Origin: Balanoglossus misakiensis
Taxonomy: Eukaryota; Animalia; Hemichordata
DNA: 64,000 nucleotides
Reading direction: 5' to 3'
Assembly (NCBI GenBank): GCA_040954595.2
Contig: CM082594.2
Coordinates: forward strand, 9,738,296-9,802,295
The translations under genes and the position numbers were made by a program. How positions within the stretch are numbered: position 1 is the stretch's first letter; each line of letters starts with the position of its first letter. The notes under the pieces are model-generated. The model made no database searches and was not told where the DNA came from. It worked only from the letters and a program-made list of their open reading frames with translations. Positions 53,101 through 64,000 of this stretch are shown here, piece by piece.

Positions 53101-56100
53101 ATGAATGATAGAATACAGTGATGTATACACTTACCAGGTCTACACTCAGTAGGGCATGCTGTCCATTCACTAAACTTTGTAACAATACAATCTCTGGGAC
53201 ATGGAACTTGACACAACTCCGTAGATGCTGGCTTCGCACCCTCCATGCATCTGGAAAGAAGATAAACACAAACTTCAAATGGATCAGGGTTCACAATCTT
53301 TATAGACTGATGTTGATTTCAGATGAGACATGGACGTGGGTGCCCAGCTCTTTATGATATTAATATTAAAAACTAATCTCAACAAACTCACTTTCTATCT
53401 GGCATCTGTTTATCACCATCAGCTTTACTGCAATACACAAGCCTGGATTTAAAACCAAAGTCACACATGTCTTCATCCAGAATCAATGTATTATTCACAT
53501 CAGCTCTTAAATCTGCCACACAAACACCCCAGGGCCCATTTCTCCAGGTGAATGCATTGCAAGGCTCTTCATTGCAAGTCCTTTCCTCGGATAACTCACT
53601 TTTCTCAGGGCAAGGGTTGCCTTCTAAAATCAAAATCAAATAAATGATATCAATTATACTATATTCTAGCATGCACAAATTCAAAATTGTGTCACCTATC
53701 CACTAAGTAGAAGGAGAAGATCTAAATATATCATCAACAAAAATATGATTTAAGTGACAGTTATTGGGGCTTTAAAAATGATCCATGCTCGCAATATTTA
53801 CCAGGTCCATTATATGCCAAGATAATCCGATGTCTTCTCTGTACTCCCACAGTGGAGTTCCTATCTAGACAACTCTTGGAACAGTCTGTCCAGTTACTCC
53901 ACTGCCCTACAACACAATCATCAGCACATGGCACTCGACAATAAATGTCACTGTCCGGTTTGGGTTCTTCCAGCTCTGCACACAGACTTTCATCAACTTG
54001 TTTCTGTAAGATTAATTCACATCAATCATGATTAGTTGTGATTACGTATTATACCGGTACATTAGCTTTGAGCAAAGGGAAGAAACATATTTTTCATGCA
54101 GAGTATTGACTTACCAAATCTGCATCCACACAGGTAACTTCTCGACTCATTTTACCATTGCCACATTTCTTGTTGGCTTTGCGTATTGTGCAGCTTGAAA
54201 ATTCTCCAGCATGCCAAACATAACACACAGGTTCATCACATGACTTGCTTTCAACCAATGGAGGACAGTCGAGCCCACCATTCAATGGCTTCTGTAAGAT
54301 CGTTCTGAATCTGCTACGGTCTCCTAAAAAAACGAACAGGCATCTATTAGATTTTTTCACAGCTGTGTTATTTGAAAAAAAAATTATGAATTAATTGTAA
54401 ATTCACTCTTCAAACATCTAGTGTTACCAGTAAGTGTAACAGACAAATAAAGTAATTTTATGGTGAATGTTTACATACATACAATATGCATTATGCAAGC
54501 TACAGCATGCATGAAATTTAATAACCAATTTAAAAAGTTTAAATTTGTGAATACTACAATAACAAGACTGAGAAGCAAAAACAGATTTGAAATAAAATAG
54601 ATAATGACTGTACAGAAATTGTACAAATCTTTACTTACATACAACCATGCTACATGGACATGCAGACCAGTACCATGACATATACACAATGATCTTCAGT
54701 ACATTTAAAACGGGAAAAAGTTTAAAACGCACCTTTTTCTTTCCTATTAATTTCCCCTACCAAACAGTTTTTTAGTGAACACATACCCCACTCAGACCAC
54801 TCTGAGACCACACAGTGTTGCGGACATGGGACAGAACATTCTCTGGTGTATGATGGCTGTGGTGGTGAACATAAATCTGTATCCACAGGTCTGTAAGCTG
54901 TCAAAGATCAATATTATCTGGGATTACAAACACTGCAGTGTCCAAGGAGAACAGTAGTAATTGTAGTAAGCCAAGAATCATTTATGTACCGGTACAATGG
55001 CAGTTATGCATACATAGCAGCATAGCATTGAGAGTTGGTTGAACTGCCTGTCATTCTTAACAAAAAGTCAGACTGTAACCATGGTAACATGAGTAATGGT
55101 GTATTCTTGAGCGAAAATGAGACTTGTTGTATATATACTTACTTGTGTCATTTTCTTGTACACAGAATGCTTCTCTAAACTGCAAACCACCTCCACAAAG
55201 ACTTCCATTAACATTCAAATGTTTACTTTCATGTTTTGATATCAAGTATTCTGAGCGACACTGGTCCCAGGCTGAGACATGCCATTTGTACCTGCAAAGT
55301 GAAAGTACAGAAATGAATAATATCAGATATGTTATCTTGGTAAATGTTTCCCGAGCTAGGACTGTTTAGTGAAATTAAATGAAGAGCGACATAGGTAATG
55401 ACAATGCGAGAACTGTTCTGATAAATTAATCCTTTCTGCATCACATGCCAACAGGGAAAGCATTATACTGAAATCAAATATTGGTTCACTCTATTGGATT
55501 AGTCTGCAGACAGGAAGTTAATCCCTCTGATTGTCTATTGAATTTTCTCACATCCCATTGTCATTCTAATAAATCTGCGGCTCCCTGAATGAATCAACCT
55601 ACTCAAGTTTTGACCTTTGACCTGCCTCTTAGTAAAAGAATGAGTCATTCCTACCACCCGCCATCTGTCTTTTTCTCATTCTGATTTCCTCACATTTTTA
55701 TGATTTTTTCCTTATCGGCATGGCATAGCATCATGGGTGACTAAATAAATGTTGTGAAAATTTATTGCTCGTGAAAATAACCTGTTTAACAGTATATCCA
55801 ATATACGGTAGATGAGGCTTAATCTTACCTAGGGCATGGTAGAATATCTCCATCATCATCAAGAGCACAGTGTTGTTTTTCTTGTAAATGTGGACAGCGT
55901 TTTCCATCACCCAATGGTAGAGTGATGACATCACGATATCGAGTGCAATATCCCAGTGGTGGACCATCATCTGAGGAACAACTATGGTGACATCTGCTCC
56001 ATTCAAACCAATCACTGATTTGACAATCTTGAGGAATCACACAGGCTCTGACAGATCCTGTTGTGACGTCGTCATTTTTTGAACAAAGTCTGCATAGAAT

Positions 56101-59100
56101 GTGAATACAATACATCAGTTTATTTTCCACATCACTTTGGAGACAAATTTCATTAAAATTTATCAAACTTTTCAAGAAATGTGCCCAGGGGTGACGTAAT
56201 ATGAGCATGCTTTAATGATCCACGGCCCCAGGGTCAGTTTGGTTTCATCATGTTGTATTCCGTGTGATGAGTCATACTTCTGGAAAGGTGTCACATGACC
56301 AAAGCACACTCAATTATATAGGGATCATCTTTAGAAGAAAAAAAAATCATATTGTAGTTTAAAATCAGCAACCTACCCCATATATGCATTCTGTCCATCA
56401 TTGCGAATGCACGACACTTGTCTAGCCTGGTAGCCAATCACAGCTTGGTTAACAATGGCATCACTTGAGTTTTGAACACCATCACTCATTGGTTTACAAG
56501 AATTCCATGGTCCAACTTTAATTTCGTAAGTGTATTTGTGTTTCTTCACGCAAGGTGGCAATGCTGCACATTTTCTGGATTTTGTCAGCTCTGGACAAGG
56601 TCTGCCTCCGAACAACGGTGGCACTAGGACTCCTCTGGATTGAGTCTGCGTTCCATTGCCACAAGTCTGAGAACACAGACTCCAGTCAGTAAATTGTGTC
56701 ACGATACAATCCTGCGGACAGGGGACAGCACAACTTTGGACAACGGTCGGCTTCAATGAGAAGTACTCGCAGAAGGAATCCTCCACAACTCCATCGTGTT
56801 GTTCAATTGGAATATTAGTCGTCTTCACTCGGCATACAACAGTTCTGTTCTGAGTTCCCCTCGCACTCAGACCACACGTTTCACTCGTTATTGTCGGGTA
56901 CTCATCCAGCGATCGTTGACAGATGCTCCAATCACTGAGAATCCATTCAAACAAGTGCCTGTGGTCATCACAGACTTTGAAGCACCGTGTCTGAGTGACC
57001 GGTTTTTGGGTTTGGTCGCAGTTGGTTTTGATGGTATCCCAACCATCTGAATGGACACACCAGGCAGATCTTGTTTGTACTCCTCCAAAACCACAGTGAT
57101 TACCTTGGCATTTGCCCCATGAACCTGTAAAATTCAAATGATTGAAATCTGTTATGATAGATACCTAAAATATATTTTAAATTAACAATCTACATTAATG
57201 AATGGATGCATTTCAGAATGTGAAATATATTGTGAAGTGAAAGTTTAAAGAGTTCAAACAACTGCATGTGCTAACACCTGCAGATAAATGGAAACACAAT
57301 ATGACAGACCAATGATGGATGATGCAGGTCTATGTTCAGATTAATGATCTGTCACCCACCATACAAACATTCTGCACAGTAACACAAAGCCCTGTCACCT
57401 GCATTCAGATTCTCTCCAATCAATACAGGCACATTCAAAGCAGGCCCGGATCAACAGAAAATACCTAACACCAACTTCAAGACATTCGCTTAATTAAATT
57501 TGAATATAACCCCAACTATACAACTGACATCAACGCACAACTCCAATTTGTTTGATGCCCACTTAGAAGTTTTAGTCTCTTTGAGAATTGATGAAGCAGA
57601 AGATTCGAGATTTTATCAGAGAACTTCATTTCCTTTCAATGCACAAAGCTGTCTATTCTCTGATTGAGTGCAGTCAAAAACTGCCTGAGGATATGAAGAT
57701 ATTTCGTATCAGTCACTGACTTGTCATCTGATAAATTTCCCCTTTGATGTCACATCTTGTATTTATATAGTAAGTGCTCCTAAAATTTTTGTTGCACGGT
57801 TCCAAATATTTCTCTCTATTAAATAAAGATATTGTTGAGAATATGAAGATCCAGTGTTTGGTTCTCAGGCAAAATTATCAAGTCTGGTAATTCCATGCTT
57901 AATAAATGATCTAAAGTTTATCATTGCTGTTATCAATATTTTTATTTTCATGGGAATAGTTCTCACATAGAAAATGCCACCTATACATAACCCGTCTCGC
58001 AGCCAGAGCGTGACGATAATTTCTGAGGGAAACCAAGCAGAATATCTGTCACAAACCACTTATGTTTCAAGTGTTGAAATGTCAATAACCAATTGCACGC
58101 AACTTATCAATATTACACAGTTGGACTCTATTTCATAAATATTTCTGGCGATGAGATATGAGTATTTCCACTGAGAGGCAGATATGAAATCATTCGAAAT
58201 TGATATTTCCAGTTACGGCTGATAAAGCCACTCAAACATATGTGACAATGGGAAGCACAAAGAACGTCAAGTTTATTCCCGAAGGGATTTTAATAAATAG
58301 AACAAAAAGGTGATTATCTCCAATATTCACAAGATGACATATTATTTTCAGAAAGCTTGGCTATCTTAACCACAGGAGATATTTCCCACAGGGTTGGAAT
58401 ACATGCTGGCTAGAAGGTGATTCATCACTAGCCATGACATCCCTTAGAACATCATAAATCTTTGATATTTGACCGATTCAGCAGTCACAAATCAAACTGG
58501 TCATATCACCTGGTCTATTAAACTATTGTTTAAGGTATTGATATGTTAAGGAGGGTCTCAAGAATTAGATTCAACCAAGTTGCTATAGAAACACTGACTA
58601 AGAGATGCAAATGACCCATGAAAGTTATGTTCTCTCTACGATATTAAAATTCAAATGAAGTGTAAAGGTACTGGATCATGATGTATCATTATATCTGTAA
58701 TTGAATTCATGAAAATTCTGGTCAAAATTTCATGAATTATTCCTAACATGTACACTAAATTATGTGTTTTTAATTCTATCCCAACATTTCATGATAATTA
58801 TCATTTTATTTTTTTTTCACTGAAAGGATCAGTCTCTTTTCTCTTTGATGTTTTTAGCATTTTCTGTTCCAGATTTGTGTATTAACTCATTATTTTTCGT
58901 AGCCCCTTTCTGTTTTTTGTCTTTCTCTTTCTTGTGGATATTTCCTTGGGGGTTTATTGATTAATGTAATAAAATCCATCATCAATACACAGAGTTAATA
59001 AGATTACATAAATTACATACACTTGTTCAAATATTACCATACAAACTGAGCTGATAATGATTACGTGGTTTCTGTAATGATGATATCAATAATCTGTTCA

Positions 59101-59932
59101 TAATGTGAACATGTTGTACAGTTTTCAATGCAACTTGTGCGGACACAGAAAAGTTTCAAACCATGCTGCACAACAACAACAAAAACAGGTGAACGAAATC
59201 ACAAACACAGAATTTACCATCAGCTGAAGACAAGTGATATTATCAGTATATTTAAATGACAGACAAGAATGTGATTGAAAGCCATCCCGTCTTTTGATTC
59301 AATTTGAGCAAAGCTCAATTGAGGCTCGTTAGAGTTCGTTATCCAGACATACAGATAATCGTGTCACCAAATCAGCCTTTGCTTGATTGGCAGACATACC
59401 TACTGGCAACATACTCAGGGATACGGTACTTTTATCAAAGAGACCTTGACACTGACAATCTCATGAATAATTCTTGGTTAAATCTAACAGAAGCTCTAAT
59501 GGTCTATCTGGAAGTTATGACCGAAAAATGGCAATTTTATTCAACAATATTGCAAGGGAAAATGAGTTTTTCAATTTGAGGTTAAAAAGATTACACAATG
59601 AGGGTCAGCATTCATTTTATGAAGTGTGAACATGTTTTCACACTTTCACTGCATTTGTTTTCAAGCTGAGCAATTACATTGACCCATATGGCAGACAAAG
59701 ATGTTTCATAACCACCAAATGTGGGTTCGGAAACCATGCAAGATACTAATGCCTGAGATTCTTAGCAAATGAGAATTCAGTTTGAGAACAACCAGTGTTG
59801 TGTGGACTGCTTACCTGTTCTCCAGACATATCCTGAAACCTCAGCATCTTGGCCATCACTATGGTAACATATCACTAGAATCCATAGAAAAACTAAGTAC
59901 AGATTGGCAGTAGAGCTCAGCAGATTCACCAT
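47171..59932 (-). CDS. THSD7A: Thrombospondin type-1 domain-containing protein 7 (THSD7A/B-like), ~1635 aa, type I membrane protein
   Basis: 26 in-phase exons (4908 nt): 59932-59815, 57124-56377, 56089-55829, 55291-55143, 54897-54733, 54323-54115, 54003-53802, 53623-53392, 53250-53135, 53035-52802, 52676-52482, 52291-52007, 51890-51712, 51530-51400, 51281-51128, 50902-50639, 50489-50369, 50231-50086, 49129-48983, 48863-48761, 48618-48517, 48347-48249, 48124-47998, 47870-47641, 47507-47423, 47276-47171. Signal peptide, then YVWRTGSWGKCQGNHCGFGGVQTRSAWCVH..CFKVCD, many TSP1 repeats (CPQDCIVTQFTDWSLCSQTCG), TM VYGAVAAGTAFVIFAVIAIYVAC, and tail KYNGDIDL* resembling the vertebrate YDGDADM end. Confidence 0.93.
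48680..48722. repeat. Imperfect (TCA/TCG)n trinucleotide microsatellite, intronic
   Basis: ATCATCATCATCGTCGTCACCGTCATCATTATCATCATCAT. Confidence 0.7.
49205..50009. mobile_element. Non-autonomous DNA transposon (MITE), PIF/Harbinger-type, 805 bp, in a THSD7 intron
   Basis: Perfect 43-bp TIRs GGCTGCATTCACAAACACCTCTGGAGGGGGGGGCGGGAGAATT (49205-49247 / 49967-50009), flanked by TAA on both sides (49202-49204, 50010-50012). No transposase ORF. Confidence 0.9.
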
Positions 59933-61047
59933 TTTGAAGTATTTAATGTATCTTCACTATGTGATGACTGTGCCACGCCTAATACTCCACTTTTCCAATT
60001 GCACACTGTCAAGGCTACAGCACTGGTCTGGTCAACACATCATACACTGTTGGAAAACAACAAATTCAAATTCTGAGTATTAGCATGTGTGAATGGCTGT
60101 ACAAATTTTACATAACTTCAGGTTCAAGTAACAACTGACTGAAATTGACAAGAAAAATGAGTACGTACTAAAACAAGAAAACTAACTGCAGGTCTTCCCG
60201 TAAAGCAGAATGAAAGTAGTTTCAACAAAGATTGATTCCAGGTATATTATCAGCACATTGTGGGTATAACATTGGCTTCATGGTAGTCACATTGCTGCCC
60301 ACATCACATCAATTTCTAAATCTTTAATACAGCATGTACATTGTATATATGTAATGATTAACACTACAGTTAATTAGATCTGTCTGAATAGAAAATTATA
60401 ATTGACTTCCTGTATGCAATATGAAACAGATACATAATTAAAAAGAGCAGCCTTAAATTATAAATATTCAATGTTTAAAAAGCTAATATAAACTCTTGAA
60501 AAGATAGTGTGAAATGTATCACTGAGTGGAGATTGATTAAAATTAAAAATCTGATCTACCACTCGACTTGAACTTTGAAGAATAAAATGTCGATAGTCTA
60601 TGCAATTGTATAAATTATAATCTCAGGAATTGCAATAGGCTGAGATAGATGCATTGCCTTCAATGGTATTTGCTAATCTTTTCCCAATACAGATGAAAAT
60701 CCACCACATCGCATCACACTGTACCGGTATTGAACTCTTTGTGAATAAAATGAAAACATGCAGTCAACAGAAGAAAACGCGAGACATAGCAGTAGACAGA
60801 ATCTTACTTAACATTCTAAACGTGTTTCCACACAACAACATTAATCATCACATCATGTAGAGAAATTCAAAGCAATGACCGATTTCCTCATTTAAATTCT
60901 CGTCTCAACAGAAAGATAGTAAAGAGGCAAGACACAGTTACATTCAGACGGAGAATATAAGATGATAATGAAAAAAACCTCAAAATGCCTATTATGTTGA
61001 TATTTCAATTCGTCAGACGGAGATATTGTGTCTGATGAAATTCTTAC

Positions 61048-61225
61048 CTGCAGAAAGGTGTGGACACAGTCTGGGAGCCGTTCGTGCAAGTTCATCTAAA
61101 TGAATTCCTTGACGTGGATATCACATATAGACGAAGTGCTCAGACACTTGCATCACTCGTTCGTTTCACTTCATCTGATGCGCAAGACTCTGATGACCAA
61201 TACTGCTACTGTCACTGTGTTTCTG
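61048..61225 (-). other. Candidate non-coding 5'UTR exon of the THSD7 gene
   Basis: On the minus strand it has an acceptor TTGTTTTTATCAG| and a strong donor CAG|GTAAGA. The ATG-bearing exon has its own acceptor (TTTTCCAACAG| at 60046), so an upstream exon is expected. Confidence 0.4.
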
Positions 61226-64000
61226 CTGATAAAAACAATATATGTCATGCATAAAAACACAGTTCAGAGGAAGCAGCCATCCAACACCATTCTAGTCAAT
61301 ATGACACTTTTAGGGATCAGAACATTTACAAGAGACACTCAGAAATGATGTGGAAGAATCTATTCTTGTGCAGGTGCAAGTGTGCCACAGCCAGGCAATC
61401 AAATGGTAGCAACCATTGTGGTAAAGGGGGGGGGGGGGAGTCTCAAGTAACCAGTCTCCCACAATTTTGTCAGTGCGAAAGATATATAATGTAATGATGT
61501 CATAAAAAATGAAAAATAAAAATTACATTAAATCAATCCAATATTTCCACCATAATTTTTTCTTTGGATTTCAGCACATCTTAACAAGTCAGAGCCAAAT
61601 TTTCTCATCATTTAATAATGTTATTATGCACTGTAAGGTAATTCACTACAACGTGTGATTCATAGTCGATTAGTGTGAACTGAACATTACATATGCACCA
61701 AAAGTGGCCTTCAGACTATGCATTTCCTCTCATTTGATGTGACTATATATCAGGGTGACTGTGGTATTTATTCAGTCAGGATATTGGGTATTTACCTGGC
61801 CCTAACACAGTGGAGTGTTTCGAGCAACAGTAACGGTGCATTAGTTTCCATTTCTGTGACGAAATCATTTGAAACTGTCACAGTGACTTATAGCACAAGT
61901 ATTAAATTGCCACGAAATGACACAGAAATAGAGCACTGCACTCAATCTTGGAGTTGGGAAATGCATTAACCTTTTCATGAGTCAATATTTAGAATTCCTA
62001 CATTTGCAATACAGAGTATGTAAATTTGTACATTTTTTTGGGTCCTTAAACAAACTTGACAAGACTGCAATCTCTGCACTATCTACTGGTTAAAATGTCG
62101 GCTTTGTTGCTATGCCAACACAAGATCTAGCCACGAGTGATTCTTGAAGTCTTGCAGAGGATGATTTGGAAATGGCATTAAAGACTGCACATATACAACA
62201 TGAGACATTTATATACTGAGATACCCAAAATTTTGAAGAGCATTTTGATCAGTTCTTGGAAAAACTGTCTTTTAGTCTGATTACTGCACAAACTCAGAAA
62301 GGTCTTGAGCTGAGTCTTACAACCCCTTTGATGAAGTTCTAATTACTTTTCAACAAATTGCAAACTACTTTAAGGTTAATAACTACTCCAAGGAGATGGA
62401 AAATATAAATTGGAGATGTAATTTGACAGGATTCAACAACTCTGATTGATGGGCTTATCAATTTTTACCATGACCCTTTGAAGGTTATTTCACACCTTCA
62501 ATTTCCTTGTCAAATATAATCTTGATGAAGATTGGTGCAGGCCCTGGGTTACTATACACTTAGTATCATCTTCTACCAGTACTGCGTATATGTTGATAAA
62601 GTCACACATCTTGTCTGATTTCACATTATTTCTCCTGTTTAATTTCGTTGACAAACATAGCAGAAATCAATCAATCAGGTTACCATGACAATAACGACAT
62701 GAGCACATATCCGATATGGACCAACTTGATTACATGACTGTGTTGATGAAATGTTTAATATTTAGTTGCTAATATAATAGAGATATTTTTAAGGTACAAG
62801 GAAAATTATAACTCTCAAACTGAAACTGCCATGCAAATGAGATGAAGAACTGACCGCGTGTTGGTGCTTGCGTTTATGAGTTCCTCAGAAGACATTAAAT
62901 CACAATTAATCTAGTGTATTGAGTAATGACTAATGCATTTGATGTATTTAGGTTGTTCACAAAATAGTGCAATGTAGGGGGACAACAAGCGCAGTTCTTT
63001 AACCGCAGGTACAATTGTAACAAGCCACTCATGCAGAACATGAATCCAGTGTTTTGATCGAAATGACCATGAATGCCGTGTCAACTACTAACAAAATATT
63101 TGTAAGTCTTTCAACATCCCAGTAGTCAGGGTCGGGTGTAAGGTCAGGATTAAACCTTTCGCCATCCTGATTTGGTCCAGAATTTATATGGTAAGGTTGG
63201 ACCTCAGTAGAGGGAACTGGGATGCAGGCCAAGGACTGCACTGATAGTCAATTTACTCTATACCGTACTAGAAAAAGTCTAAACTGTAAACAATCATAGT
63301 TTTCCAGTACAGTTGAATAAATAAAGTAATATATGGTACATGTAGAAGATTTATAGTCACCATAAGGAAAATTATGTGACTGCAGGATGCATGAATCTAT
63401 TGCTGTGACATATGTTAACTAAAGTCTAGACATGGAGGCCTATAGCTGAGGCTGAAATAGATTGAACACACCTCTGTAACCTATACCATTGTTATTTTAA
63501 TGAACCATTCTCAAATCACATTGATAACCTAACCATGTACAATGACATCGTGCTCAATACAATGCAACCTCTATGCACCAGACGCTAAGCTCAGTGATTC
63601 TAAACTGTAAAAAGAATGAGTTTTTTTCTCACAGTTTAATGTCACAACCTTTACTGGTGAACTAAATTACAAAATATCACATTGTTTCGCAGTCATGAGA
63701 ACCCAGTGAACACAACCTGCCCACAGCGGCATTTTGGCAAATTAAAAACCATAGTGATCAATTCTCTTACATACATGTAATGTAAATTAGACTGGCTACC
63801 AGACGTTAGAAAGCGAAAATTGAGAATCAATCTTTTCACAACAATAATTGCCATCAATTAACCTACCTCAGAAAGAATCCTCATACATGAAGCTTTGACG
63901 TGTTATACTTTGTACACTCCACCAGCCTGTAGTGCTTTTCAAGAGTAGCTTGTAATCTCACAAACATGTGTCCACAATTGTTTCTCTTGGAAACATACCT

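Overview
Intron-rich, AT-rich animal genomic DNA. Gene content and intron style suggest a marine invertebrate, possibly a deuterostome such as a hemichordate or echinoderm; this is inference only. I assembled six genes by hand from splice sites and reading phase. (1) CASPR/neurexin-IV-type CNTNAP gene (+, 20 coding exons 7502-18891; first exon not found). (2) C2H2 zinc-finger protein with one coding exon (+, 22770-24950). (3) Transglutaminase (+, 13 exons, 30134-34688). (4) TSTD2/TrhO-family rhodanese gene (-, 41108-43814), which carries a frame-disrupting 8-nt insertion in exon 4. (5) IAH1 SGNH esterase (+, 44023-45418), head-to-head with TSTD2. (6) THSD7A/B-like gene (-, 26 coding exons, 47171-59932). 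Non-genic features are a ~5.3-kb, ~60-copy 87-bp satellite between the convergent transglutaminase and TSTD2 genes, and an 805-bp PIF/Harbinger-type MITE with perfect 43-bp TIRs. The long ORFs at 35.5-40.8 kb are satellite artefacts. The most interesting observations are a duplicated, apparently selected YNADGSFDYxSLTGWKAY-plus-zinc-finger module that I do not recognise, the footprint-like TSTD2 frameshift, the layered palindrome-rich satellite, and a probable GC-AG intron overlapped by a perfect palindrome. I found no clear novel multi-gene system.
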